64,000 bases of DNA. Source: Paramecium tetraurelia (Eukaryota). The translations under genes were made by a program, and so were the position numbers. Positions 14,016 through 29,590 of this stretch are shown here, one piece after another (the first letter of the stretch is position 1; each line of letters opens with the position of its first letter). The notes beneath the pieces were generated by a model, which was not told where the DNA came from, searched no databases, and saw only the letters and a list, made by a program, of their open reading frames with translations. The DNA is taken from the NCBI GenBank assembly GCA_000165425.1, contig CT868040.1, positions 62,001 to 126,000 of the forward strand, written 5' to 3'.

Positions 14016-15559
14016 ATGGACATTAATTTAATGATTAATGATAAATTCTTGATTAAGAAGAAAATTTCTTAAGGGTCATTTGGCGTGGTTTACGTGGGGT
14101 AAGATGTGTAAACCAATCAGTATGTGGCGATTAAGATTGAAAAGAACGATTAGGGTTCAAGTTTGGAGAAAGAAGTACTACTGTTAAACATCAATAGGCA
14201 AAAATTCTATAGCATTTGAATGGGACTCTCAATATACCTAGGCTGTTTTATTTTGGAGAGCACAAGAAATAAATGCTAATGGTAATAAGTTTCTTGGGAA
14301 AAGATCTCACTTATTATATAAGACAATATAAAAAGTTTTCCTTGAAATGCGTCCTCTTGATTGCAGAATAGATGCTGAGTATTCTTGAAAATATACATCT
14401 GAAGTAATTTTGTGTATGAATTTGAGATCCGTGTTGCATCGAGATATCAAACCTGAGAACATACTAGCAGGAAGGGATAATGATTCAAATTTATACTTGG
14501 TGGATTTTGGAATCAGCAAATTCTATAGGGATAAGAGAGGCAGGCACATGTATGATAATATTTGTGTATTCCAAGCAACTTCTCTGAAAACAAGCCATTC
14601 CTAGGGACATCTCGATACGCGAGTTTGGGAGCACATAAAGGATAAGAACAGAGTAGAAGAGATGATTTAGAATCTTTGGGATATGTTTTAGTCTATCTTT
14701 TAAAAGGTTTAGTCTTTTAATTTTTATTTAGGAAGTCTACCTTGGCAAGTTTTAAAATTATAGGATGAATAAAAAATTAAGGCTGTGGGTGATATGAAAG
14801 ATACAATGACACTTCACGAATTGTGCAATGGATTGCCTAACGAATTCGAGAGAATGATTGATTATGCACGTAAGTTGGACTTTAAAGCAGCTCCAGATTA
14901 CAAATTCTTAAAAAAGATGTTTTAGCACTTAGCTCATTCACAAAATATTTAAGATTAATTAAGATATGATTGGGATTTTACTCCATCATCATTGTAAGTG
15001 CCTAGTTCAGAAATTGCAGTTTTGAAACGATCAAAAAGAACTGTTGAATAAGACCAATAAGAACAATTATAAATGCGTAAAAAATAAGCATCATCCAGTA
15101 CATTCAATGGTCTAGATGGGTTGTCTGGAAATAGTTTTTTGAAGACTCCTGAATAGCACTGTCGGAAGATCTCATTGACACCTGCCAAACAAAAGAGCAA
15201 CTCTAGTTTTAATGATTCTTTTAGCAGTTGTAATCAAAGTGGAAATTAAAGTGTTATTGGCATGCCCAGTTATTAGAACAATTTATCGCAACTCTCTTTT
15301 GATGATCACAATCTTTTGGCTTTGGCATTCGAAAGCATGAGTAAAGTCACAAAAGAACAACTAAACTAAGAAGAACATGAAGAAAACAATGGAGATTTTA
15401 GTCCTTCACCTTTAGAAGTCAAATATTTAAAACTCAAAAAATCATCGATTAATGTGTAATTATAATTTCTATAATTTTAGTCATTTTAAGAGAACACTGT
15501 TATAAATAGAATCAATGAATATACTTCCTCCTTAGTCTTCATTTAATTAATATTAGTGA
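14016..15559 (+). CDS. Casein kinase 1 family Ser/Thr kinase
   Basis: SQGSFGVVY, VAIKIE, LHRDIKPENIL, LVDFGISKFY, FLGTSRYAS, QSRRDDLESLGYVL, LPWQ; several micro-introns. Confidence 0.92.
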
Positions 15560-16019
15560 ATTCAACTTTATTAATTTAACTACAAAAGTAATAATTATAA
15601 TATAAATATTTGAAAAATCTTTCATTATTATTATAAATTATTATTATAAACTAATATTATATATAACTTTACCCATATTTATCTTTCTTAGATTAAAAAG
15701 TGACTAAGTAAAATATTGACCTCACAATAATGTTATTTAGATTTAAATCTGAAATATATTATAATAAATTAGTTGCTTTAATTGATAAAAATACAAAGAT
15801 TATTCATATGAAATTTGTATCATAAAATAAGAATGCCTCAAAATGATGATCATAAAAATCTCTAGATAAAATTAATTATATGTGATGATTAAATTTGATT
15901 CTTATAAAAAGTATAAAAATATTAATATTTATACTCAAAAAACAAACTAAAAAACTCTTAAAATAATAATTTTGATTCAAAATTATATTAAAGAGTTTAT
16001 CTATATTATTGTATCAAAA

Positions 16020-16990
16020 TGGACTCTAAGTGTGTTAGAATATTCCACAGTACCTTTTTTAAAACTAATTCTTAAAGAATGTGCATCATTTGAACTTATT
16101 TTAATGTTATATTTGAGTAAATTCAATTCAGAATTATATGTTTGAGGGAAGGTGTAAATAATGGTTTTTTGAGTGTTCCTCTAGTGCACATCAAATTTAT
16201 AATGAAAATTAAAGGAATCCAAAATTTTTAATCTATAATAAAATTTTAGGAATAAGGCCATTTAGACAATTGTTTTCAAATGATGCATATTTATTTAGCA
16301 TCATCTTTGCTTTTAATTACTCAATTTGAAAGAAATGATTATGACATATATTACGTATTAATCAATTAGCACATATAAAACAAAATTTCATTATTATGAG
16401 AAGACTCTTTTCAGAATTATTAAGTCCCTTTGCCTTATGGCTTCTTGAAATCCAAGGATAATTTAGAAAGGAGCAATGAAAATACAAATTATAAGTTCTC
16501 CAATGTATATAGGTATGCTCAAAAGCAAGTTAACAATCAAAATTATGCAAATGCTCTCTATTTTCGTTTCTATTACTTGTATAAGCTTTTCAGTTCTAAT
16601 GAGAGCAAGTGCAAATGCCACAATTGGTAAGGTAGATAGGAGTAGAATCAATTAGAGAGTGTTCAAGATAAAGCATTTGATAGTATTTTTCAATTCCCTT
16701 ATTTCTTCACAATGTGGACATTAAAAAGCCTAAGTTCTTTTCGAGGAGAAGAGTTCTAATTGTTTAAAGCATTTAGAGCAAAGTTTTTTATAGCAAATGG
16801 TACAGTTTTCTTGATGAGGACCTCCGTTGTCGATTGTAAGAGCACATTAGTCAAGGCTTTCTATGGTGTCTCGAGATTCTAAACTCAAAATATTATATAC
16901 ATGGATTGCTCTTGTTGTCTTTAGGGTAAGTTTGAGATCGTATGTTGAAGTTAACCATATAAATGATATTATTGATTTAAAAAGATCTTT
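16020..16990 (+). pseudogene. Possible decayed gene remnant
   Basis: Coding-like composition but TGA stops and no consistent intron solution by eye. Confidence 0.3.
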
Positions 16991-17634
16991 AAAGTGTGTG
17001 TTATAATCCCAATATTAAACTCAAGATTACTTTTCCTTAATATAAATTTTTTGAATTAAGGTTTTCAATTAATTAATATCACACTAATACATTTGGAATT
17101 AAATCAATTTCTGATTTGAATCGCAAAGATTTAATTCATATCTTAAAGATTCAATTAATATGTTTTTATATTCCTGAACTTTATTATAAATGAATTTTTT
17201 TTTATAAAATTTATTTTTTAATTAGGTTCCAGAAGTATCTTTTTTATAATAATTTTTCCATTTTTTCTATGAATGCCCTAATAGCAATAGTTCTTACATT
17301 TGAAAATCATCAAAAGGTCAAAAGGGTAGTCTATATGGTAATTGTGGAGTTTAAAATTATAAGGCTGTTGTTTATGGAAACTAAGCTGAGTTGAAGTGAA
17401 TGGGGGTTTATAAAGACTTATTTTCCCTTAAATTATGACTATTAGAGGGACTTCAGGTATTTATTAAAGTAATCTCAGGTGGATTTATGAGAATAAAGCC
17501 ATGAGGGAAAACTTTAAAAATTCTAAATAATTTTACAAATAATTCATATTATTTTGAATTAAACAATAAATAAAAACATAATGAAGTTTAATAATGCTTT
17601 ATATATTTAGATGAGAAAACCACTTGGTCTAGAT

Positions 17635-17826
17635 TCAATTGTATTTTTGTCCGGATCTCTCCCACTCCATCCATTCATTCACCAATTTTTTTGTGATTAA
17701 TAATTATGTTTGTTATTCCTCCTTGTTCAAGGATTCCTTTGTAGCCTCATAAAACTTAGCGTGAGCATCTATTTTTAAGATCAAATCATTCAATTATCTT
17801 TCTTCATTTTTCAAATTATTGTACAT
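17635..17826 (-). CDS. Candidate 63-aa microprotein or gene remnant
   Basis: MYNNLKNEERQLNDLILKIDAHAKFYEATKESLNKEEQQTQLLITKKLVNEWMEWERSGQKYN*. Confidence 0.35.
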
Positions 17827-18035
17827 GCCTTTATTAAATAACTAATATTACAATCAATGATTAATTCTCTATCATTATAATTTTTACTACAAATTTGCAA
17901 ATATTTATGTTTTAATTCTTATTTTATGGCTTAGACTTATTGCAATCCTTTAAATTGATTTAGATTATCTTCTTTTGTTTTAGACATAAATAAAATTAAT
18001 TATTTAGTTATATAATTTATAAAATATCATAAAAG

Positions 18036-19796
<1,761 letters not shown>

Positions 19797-20377
19797 AATA
19801 ATTGTTTTCATTTATAAATTATTTAACTTAGATATTTAGATATATTAATTAATGAATAATAGAATAATACAAAATAAAGTATTTCAAAATTTCTGTATAT
19901 ATGATTTTTTCGATAAATTTATTTTCATTTTTGGATATTCTTCACAATACGAATTTTTAGCATTAAGTATTTTTGTTTTACATAAATTGCATCTATCTAA
20001 TTAAACTTAAAGAAATAATTATTAATATCTATAACTATAGATATAGAGCCTCAAATATCTGGATATATAATAATATATTTAATTAGATCTTAAATTAATT
20101 AGTAAATTTTTAAAGTGCTAGTAAATTTAGGACTTTTATGAAGGATTTTATCTTAAATTTCATGATAAAACACTCATTCAAGGAATAGCGTTAGAAGACA
20201 TTATGGTTAAAAGAAATATTAGAAGCAAATCTTAAAAAAATAACAGAATATCTTTCGATTATGTTAAGTACTTATGAAATCTAATAAGATACCTTTAATA
20301 TAGCTAGTAGTTTGATTTTCTACTAATTTTTTAATCTAAATAAATATTAATATTATTAATATTGTTATTTTGTTAAA

Positions 20378-21584
20378 ATGAATGATATTGCTCAAACTGG
20401 AAAATCATAAGCCTCTGCTTAAGATATTCATTCAAAAATAGAAAGTCAATTCTTATAACGATATGCACATTATTTAATTGGGGATGAGTTTGATTAATTT
20501 CTTACTCCATCATTTGTCCATATGCTACACATTCTGGATTCAAAAAAAGTGAGTTGTGAACAGTTGATAAATTATAAGACACAACAAATTAATGTAATTT
20601 GCTTTAGTTTTAAGGTAGAATCAAAACACGGAGAGTCAAGTATTTTTTGCATTGAGAAATTTCACTTTTAATTCATTCTCCTTGATGTTTGATCAGAAAT
20701 TAGAAAATACAAACGTTTATAATAAGGAAGAATACTTTCGATCAATTAGAACCACGTATAATTCAATAATAGAGTAGACAAGACCAAGCCAATCGAAGAC
20801 ATCAATTTGTGCATAATCCGTCTAACTCTTTTAATTAGGACAAGCAGGAATAGCATTAGCACAACTTCTATGAGTTATATTCTAATAAATTAGCTAAGGA
20901 TCAAGGAGACATACTTTAAGGAGAAATAGTGATATTTGAGACCAGAATTAAATATCCAGCCAACAAGGCCAAACAACTGTGTTACGAGATCAAACAGAAA
21001 ATTGACAACCTTTTCAGATCAACTGTAAACTAAACATTAATTTGAAGACTAGGTAACATCAGATTATTAGATCAGAATATATACCATATTTGGAAGAGTA
21101 CAAATATCCAACCATTGTGTTGATAATAATATACAACGGAGACGTGAATCTAGATTTCTCTAAACTTCTCCAAATGAATCAAATAACCATCAATAGGAAG
21201 CAATTTGCCTTAAAAGTTAAAGTGTACTTCATCAGTAAACTCTCGTTGTTCAGTCATTTTAGAGAGGTTAACAACCAATCGAAGACTGAATGCATTACAG
21301 ACAAGGTAAATAGTGATACAGATTAAGGTTGTTACATTCTATGACATGAATAGAGTGAGACAGAGGAGATAAAAAGTGCTTAAAGAAATTGAAGTAATCA
21401 AGAAATAAGCCTAAGTGGTAACTATACATGATAATTTCATAAGAATCAGAGCAAAAAGAAAAAGGAGTAGTATTGGAAGTTGAGCATTACAACTGGGTTG
21501 TGTGTGGCTGCTGCAATCTTATTTTTGAGTAAAAAATAAATAAATCTCAAAAAGTTTGTCTAAGTTACTTCCAAAATAGTTTGA
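20378..21584 (+). CDS. Hypothetical protein with C-terminal tail-anchor TM
   Basis: Frame maintained through five micro-introns; ends YWKLSITTGLCVAAAILFLSKKQINLKKFVQVTSKIV*. Confidence 0.7.
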
Positions 21585-21630
21585 TTGTTTTTAATATAAT
21601 TTATATATATATATATTGGTTAGAAGGTAT

Positions 21631-22318
21631 ATGCAAAGATACATCTAACAATAGAATTAGCAGTATAAATAATGAAGATTTCTTTAGGGCTTACTAAATG
21701 CATTAGAGAAGACTAAGTGACATTAAATAAAGGAAGAGTTCCCTTCCAAAATTAGATAAAACGTTTGATTCTTACAAATAAAACAGATACATAGCTGCCA
21801 GGAAATAAGAAATCAACAGATGGGAAGGGATTATGAAATAAAACAAAAAACTACTACACAAATTAAACAATGTCGAGTCCACATTTCAAAAATCTGTAAT
21901 CTTAACTAAAAATATATTTGTATTCAAGGCAATCCATTCGTAGTGCAAGTTCTTGTAACTCGAAAAGATCAATTGAAATAAAAGAAACGCGAAAGAAAGA
22001 AAACACTAGAATGCAAGTTAAACTACAATAGATGTATTCATAGCACAATAATCAAGTACGTCTACATTTGATAAATCCAATTGCAAAACTAGTCCCAGGG
22101 TTGCAAAACCTATGGCAAAATAAACGAATAATTAAGAGAAGAGTTTAAATGTTAAACCAATTAAAAATTATAAATTCTAAAATTAGGGGTATTAAAGGCA
22201 TAAGAGTTTGCAGCAACCTCAGAAAGAAGAATCAAAAATCTAAAACATCATTTCATAATATCAATCAGTATTGGATTAAATACTTCCGCTAATACGGTAA
22301 AATAAAATAAATAAATGA
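21631..22318 (+). CDS. CFAP97/KIAA1430-like basic coiled-coil protein
   Basis: AYQMHQRRLSDIK...EINRWEGIMKQNKKLLHKLNNV...RKKENTRMQVKL pattern; internal intron boundaries not fully resolved. Confidence 0.5.
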
Positions 22319-22553
22319 CAATTATAGTTTTGATAATTAATTCAATATGTCATATATTATGTATTTAATTTGTGATTTATTAATTTATAATAACATTAAA
22401 GTCACGCAAATTGTTGCTCCATTTTGAAAAAGTTAACTAATCTATTATGTTTTATAATAAATTAGTCATAAAAAAATTCTAATTTTAATAGAAAACACAT
22501 GTAAAAAATTAAAATAGATTTTCAAAATATATATTTAGTTTGATTATAGAAAA

Positions 22554-23667
22554 TCAGTTAATACTACCTTTACATTTTTCACACTGTTTATTTGATTAAG
22601 ACTCGTTTAGTTTGGCATTTTCAAGTCTTAAACTGTTAATCTCTTATTATAATATATGTATTTCGTCCTCTTATATTGAGTCAAAGGATTAATTCATTTT
22701 CTAAATTCATAATCTAATTACCATACTTCATATTTTTATAATTCCTCTCTTAATTGGCTATTTATTTGAGACTATTAATAATTTAATTGGATGGAAATCT
22801 TGAGCTTATTTTATAATTCTTCCTTTGTTCCTTCACAATCTACGATATTGAATGGCAATTCATCATTTTTTTTATTCAGTCTAGCTTAGGCTTAATGAGC
22901 ACTTTGTTGAAGTTGTGATTATAAATCTAATAGAGAATGAGTGAGTGATTTAGGGGGTGACTTTTATGAAATTTAAGAAAATTGAGTCACACTGTTATTC
23001 AAGAGTTCTTTCGAAACGCATGTAGAGATATAATTAGATTAAGATGTGAGTTAACTAGAAGTTCCAATAGATTGAACTGATTGAATTACAGAAAGGTTAA
23101 TCTTGTCCACGATTTGCTAAATTAACAAAAATCTTACCTTATAAATACGCTATCTGATGACATTTAATTCAAGATCCAAAATTTGTTGCTGTTGTTCTTC
23201 GTCCAGATTTTCGCTGTTCTGAAGGGAAAATGAGTCTAAGGATAATCTAGATTGAGAAGTAAGTTCACAGAGATACTGTCCAATCACCTCATTCAGCTTC
23301 TGACCAAATTAATCCAGAGTATTATTGAATGGCTCATTCTATTGAGTCTCAATTTAAACACGATCGTTGGTTTCTTCCTTCTTCTTTGGTTAAACATCCA
23401 AATTGTTATCGAATACTCCTGAGTAATAATCTTTCAATCCCAAAATATTTAAATCATTGAGTTAAATTGAACCTCCTAGATCTTCTTAATCCTTTCGCTA
23501 TAATAGGTGTTTATCGACCTTATCTTTAAAAAATATTATACAAACTCATTTTTTAATTTATCTTTATTATGATTGTTAAGACCAGATAATTTCGTTTATG
23601 AGTATGATCTTGATATGCCACACATATCCAAATCGAGATCCTAGGAATTCTCAAATCTATTTTTCAT
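22554..23667 (-). CDS. Hypothetical protein
   Basis: MKNRFENSQDLDLDMCG...; at least two micro-introns; ends CEKCKGSIN*. Confidence 0.7.
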
Positions 23668-24952
23668 AATATTTTATCAATATAAAATATAAAATTATAC
23701 AATCAATTTTTAATATACCAACAACGCCTTTACTAATTATCTCCATATGAGTTCTTGCAAAAATTACAAGATCCTTTTATTATTGTTTGATAAAAGTGGC
23801 AAGTATGCACGTTTTAAGAATTAATCATGAAGACGCAAATTGCATAGTAATTACGAATTAAATTACTATTATATCTAGTAAATGACTAATGGTATTTTCG
23901 AATCGAAAAATCTTAAATAAAACCCCAATTTATTATTGCTTAATTTATTACTAGAATAAAGAATATAGGAATGGATGTAAAATTAAAAATTATAATTTTT
24001 TATAATTATGTCTTAATCCAAGTACTCAAGCATTAATCTGCTCAATATATATATCTTTTAAACTCAAGAAGGAAATAAATTCAAAATAGAATAATTAAAG
24101 TATTACACTTTCCATTTACATTTAATTTATTCCATTTATACTGAATTAAATAATAGGATTTCATCTCTTTTTCAATCGCTACCACTAATTTGATTGGATT
24201 ATCTTTAAATAAAGAGCAATATTAGAAAGTTCTAAATTATTTTTGGAAATGATTGTCTGTTAAAATTTTTCAGAATTTAAAAAGTCTGTTCGATGTGACA
24301 AAATCATTTTAAATGTAAAATATATTCTAATAGATAATGAATCATGTATATATAGCTAGAATATCTGAATGAGGATTAAATAATCCAATCTTTTCTAAAG
24401 ATCATGTAGTATTTCTAGTGTAAATTTATATTTCAAAAAGTAAGACAATAATGAGTTCTTTCTTTAGGGAAATTTTATATATTCAAATAAAATGACACTA
24501 ATCTATCAATATCTTTAATACGCTTTTTGATTCTGAAATTTAACTGCCTTTAAATTTGAATAGAAATTAGGAGATTAAAGATTATTTTTTTTAATAGATC
24601 CTTATTTATAGTGAGTTTAGAGTTTATAAATTTTTTTAAAGGATGACTTAGATTAGATAATCCATAACAAGTTTTACTGCTCTCTAAATAGCTAGCTTAT
24701 TCATTTATCTTTAATCAAATAAATTCTCAAGAAAATTTATATCTTAATTCTCACAAGAAAATAGAATTATTTCTGTTTAATTATTACCATTATTAATGGG
24801 TCTATTTCATAATTTTAATTAAAAGCTCAAGAAGCTAGTTAAGGGTAGATTCATGTTATTTAATTTCTCTTCTTTTTGATAAGATGATTTGCAGCATTCT
24901 ACGTAAAAAAAGAACATTTAAATGAGTTTAAAATTATTTTATAAAATGTCAT

Positions 24953-25519
24953 TCATTGTTTGATAATTTAATTAGTAATCGTTTATCCACAATCAATACT
25001 TTATTATTATAATTGTTCATTTTCTTTTTCTGATTCCGAATCTTCTTGATTACAGCAATCGATGCAATTACACAAAAATGTGCACCTTTGTTTTTTCAGA
25101 TAACATTCACAATATTTTTTTAGGCAACCTGTTTTTTTACAATTACATCCTCCAGTCTATACTTTCTTGATTGATTAGGAACAGATTGTATTATTACATC
25201 CTTGACAATTGCAATCCATATTGCAAGCCTTTCCTGCTGCAAAACATTCACAATAGGATTTCTGACATTTCGATTTCATACATTTACATTTTGTAATAGT
25301 ATTGAGAATGGGCTTTTCAATTTATTTTATTTTTGTTATTTTTTATTAGATAGGAAATGGTCTGATTGGAGAAAAGAATTTGGGATTGTCATCTATATCA
25401 AAGAGTCTCAATTTAGGTTTTATCAATTCCTTCATTGGCGGTGTTGTAGTTTCGCAATCTTCAGCTCTTATAAGATCCAGAACCTAGTCAAGAAATGATT
25501 TGCAATTCTCCGTTGTCAT
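24953..25519 (-). CDS. Tesmin/TSO1-like CXC (CRC) domain protein (LIN54 family, 188 aa)
   Basis: Two CXC motifs: CKCMKSKCQKSYCECFAAGKACNMDCNCQGCNN and CNCKKTGCLKKYCECYLKKQRCTFLCNCIDCCN. Confidence 0.92.
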
Positions 25520-25978
25520 AACAAATATTAATCAATTTGGCTCCATTTCCAATATAATTTAACATTCACTGTAAAATAAGTCTGTTTTGCTTAAAAATAT
25601 AAAATTTTAATATAAAAAGTCACACTCATCATATTCTTCAACTTGACTCCACAATCATCATTTCCAATTAGAGATTCCCTTAGCCCTCAGTCCTCAATAC
25701 TTTTAAGTGGCTATTGTAGTTAAAACTTCATTAGATGTATTTTAAATTTACTAGAATTTTCAGTGTAAAAATGAGAGATCGACGATTCATTTTGCAAGTA
25801 ATCGTTCCAAAAGATCAAATATTGCCTACTGTTCGTGACTATGATATAATTTTGACAGATTTAATGTCGAGCTAAAGATAAAATATTTGCTATCTAAGTT
25901 ATGATCTAATTATTTACTAAGTTTTAGAATAAATATGATAAATATTTATCTCAGAATTATATATTTACATTTAATAAA

Positions 25979-28014
25979 ATGAGTTATTAAGATTCGCCTT
26001 CTCCACTTTAACCTATCTTGAATTTTGATGACGAAGATGAAGCCATGGATCATTTAGTAAAGGAATACTAGAATCAAGGAATCAGTGATCTTTCTATGAC
26101 TAAATATAAATACTTAGTGTAAAGAGGATTATAAGTGGTAAGGAAAATGCAATAATGTAGATCCATCCACCATTGCCGCTTTAGAATAACAAAAGTAGAC
26201 TGAGTAAATTTGTGAGTTCGTAAGAATTACTCTAAGTGGATAAGACATTGGTGGATAAATTAGAGAAGGAACAAAAATGGCAACCTTATAGAGCCAGGCT
26301 CTTTAAAAACAATTCTCAACATAGTTTAAGGAATCTGAATGATAAAAGTTCTAGCAAAATATATACAGGCTATGGTCCTTTGGATGAAATTGCATTCCAA
26401 TTGGGACACAATAAAGCGTAAATAAAACATTAGAATGAGTAACTGTCCTAACAAATTGAGAAATATATGATAAGTAAGAGTCAATCAGTAGGAAAATTAC
26501 CAAAAATTAAGTGTTATCCATCTAGATTAAATGATGATGGTTAGATATAAAATAAGCATTAGCCAAAAGTGATAGAAGTCATTTAAGATGCCTAGATACC
26601 CAACTACTATTTGAATTGGGTTGAGAAATTCTATGGGAAATGGAGACCTGCTATGAGGGAAGGAGCCACATTGAGTGTAATTTAAAATAAGTTCTATTTG
26701 TATGGAGGGATAAGTGCAACTCCATTCAATGATATGAATGTTTGGAATGGGAATGAATGGTCTTAAATTGACATAATAGATAAGCCTCCTTTTGGAAGGA
26801 CTAACCACGTAGCTGGAGTTTTTAGGAGGTCTATATTTTATTTTGGTGGAGAAAAACCATACGATAATGCATAGAAAATTAGGGAAAGCTTGAATGACTT
26901 CAGAGTATTCAATACTGAAACTAACGAGTTCAAAATTGTTAGAACCAGTGGAGAAGGAGTCGAAGTAAGAAGAGGTTAGGCTAGTGCATTTGTGGGGAGG
27001 CATTTGTTGATTATGGGAGGCATAAATACTAAAGGGAAGTATTTATCTGATGCTTTTCATTTTGATGTCACAACAGCCAAATAAGCTCCTGCTAATATTG
27101 ATACATGCAATTATTTTTAGAATGGAATAGCTTTCCATACTATAGTGTCTGTATATAATACCAACCGATTAATTCAACTTTATAAATCTAATTTAGATGC
27201 TGAAGATTTGAAGGAAATGAAGTAGAAGGTTGAAGGAGTTTATTTGTTTGGTGGTGAAAACAAATAAGGTTAATTGTATTCTGGTTTATATTTGTTAAAT
27301 ACATACCAAAGACCCATGTATTGGACTGAGGTCAAAGCCAAAGGAGTTCCTCCTAGTGCTAGATATAAGCATACTTGTAATTATTTTGATAAGTAATAAT
27401 TGATTGTCATTTTTGGGGGTATCAACATTGATTCGATATTCTTAAATGATTGCCACATTTTCAAAGTAGATTCTTAGACTTGGTGTACTATTTAAATGGA
27501 ATATCGAGATGGTCGAGCAGGTCATTGTGCTGCATAAGATGAAAATAGATTGTTGATCTTTGGAGGCTATAATGAAAATGGTTTTGTTAAAGCTGACATA
27601 GTGTGGTTAGAACTGGATTAGAGTGTTCAAATAAAGACACAAAGAGAGAAATTGTCAAATATGGATACTACAAAACATGAAAAAATGAAGGAGAAATAGA
27701 AGGTTCAAGATGAATAGGAAAGACTTCTTAAACTTAGAGAACAGATTGAGTTACTGTCATTCAAAGGCATAAAGTCATTTGCTCCAATGCCACTCATTAA
27801 ACAAAGATCGAAGTCTAGTTTGTGGAAGACTGTTCAATCCAAAAAGTAATAGATGTTGCAATAGAAGATGATAGAGGAAACCTAACATCTTATGAAAGAT
27901 TTCAATGCTGAATCAGCCTAAAGGAATGAAGAAAAGCAACAAGAATAGACTTCTCCTCTTGTCAACTAATTGGATCTAAAAAAAATAGGTAGAAATCCTC
28001 GACCAACTAATTGA
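25979..28014 (+). CDS. Kelch-repeat protein (~670 aa)
   Basis: Repeated GG-containing blades (FYLYGG, IFYFGGE, LLIMGG, VYLFGGE, PPSARYKHTC...IVIFGG, RAGHCA...LLIFGG); one 23-nt intron near 26138. Confidence 0.88.
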
Positions 28015-28067
28015 TTTCATTGTTTGTTTTACTATTTAAATTATTAATGATTAAATTATTAATGGTA

Positions 28068-28709
28068 TCATAATAATTTCAAATGACCAGTCACTTAATC
28101 AATTAGATCACAATCAGCAGGACCAATTGCACAAACAGTTTGGCTTCCAGGCTCAACCTAAGACTCGCGAATTCATTCTTACTTATGTTCTACCTGCATC
28201 TGTTACTATATAAGTGATGAGTCCATTCTGTCTTGCAGCGGCTTCGATATTATGCAATTCTTATTGACTCTCGCATTTCACCACTACTTTCGCCTAACCA
28301 CTTCCTTCCCATTTTTATAATAAATCATGTTTGTCATTTAATAATTATTTATATGCTCCCAATACTACACGTTAGTATAATAACATATACCTGCATGTCC
28401 TGTTTATGCTGCTATTTTACCAATTCCCATCTTTAAATCCATTCTCACCACACACACCATTTTATATCTCTTATCAAATTGCTCTCCAGGTGGTTTTATG
28501 TTATCAAAATTAATATCAAATGGAATTGCATCAATGTCTGTAAATAATCCAACATTTTATTTTTTTATTTGTTACCCTTCTTGCAATGCTAATAGCAATT
28601 CTACTGCTTATTCTAGACTATCAGCACTTGGTAATACTTGAGCTATCTATTCTTCTGAAAAACTCAAATTCAACAATTCATTCTTTATCAATTATTTAGA
28701 CTAATCCAT
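28068..28709 (-). CDS. PTH2: Peptidyl-tRNA hydrolase 2 with N-terminal UBA-like domain
   Basis: YKMVCVVRMDLKMGIGKIAAQTGHA...GQAKVVVKC...IVTDAGRTQVEPGSQTVCAIGP...IDQVTGHLKLL*; N-terminal LLNLSFSEEQIAQVL...LEQAVELLL. Confidence 0.92.
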
Positions 28710-28779
28710 TTTGTCTAATAAATAATTATATAAAAATTATTTATATAAAATAAATTGATGGTAAATGGTGAGAAATAGA

Positions 28780-29500
28780 AAATGCTTAATTTGCTCTAAA
28801 ATAACCTCAATTTTGATGTAGACCACCAACAGGTTTTTTAAATTGAATTATTATATGATTAATATAATATGTGTTAATTAAATAACAAACCAGTACTTCT
28901 ACATATTAAATGACTGTTATGCTGATGTTATTTATGAATCTTGTCGATTTTCTCCATTCAAATTTATAGAGTGGCAATCAATCATAATTCTAGAAATTTC
29001 ATGATTTCGAGCGATAGTGTCGATTCTGTAGAAAGGCACTTGAGGTTAGCGATGTGGTGCCTTCGGATAAAGTGTTGAGAATATTAGTTAGAATGGGGGA
29101 AGATCAGAGGGGAGGTTAGGAAATATTGCATATGTTAGATTGAAGATGATGAAAATAAGAGAAATCATGCTCAGATTCATTAGTCCACATTGCTTAGATG
29201 TGAGAATCCTTCAGTAGATTGTTTTTTTTGAAATCGTTCTTATTTGGTGTATTGGGTTTCGTATTCCTTTATCTTTTCAAAGTTGATCTGGATGTGCTTT
29301 TAGGCAGGTGTACGAGTGAGTTTAAGAGTAGATTAGGTAGATTGGCAAAGACCCATTTGAGTTTATTATAATTTAATAATGAATGGAAATCCAACAATTA
29401 CTTCAATTATATAGCAGGGATTAAATTACTGAATCGATTAGTCTTAATTAAGTTATATATTGTGGAAAATTATTATTTGTATTAATTAATTGCCTCTTAA
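28780..29500 (+). pseudogene. Possible decayed gene remnant between PTH2 and YAK1
   Basis: Fragments such as FERQCRFCRKALEVSDVVPSDKVLRILV and VDLDVLLGRCTSEFQEQIRQIGKDPFE separated by stops and shifts. Confidence 0.3.
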
Positions 29501-29590
29501 TGATTAAAACATCATTCAAATGGAAATTTTATTTTTTTTTTACTTATTGTTTATTTGAATGAGCATTTTAATCTGAGGAATGGAAATATC

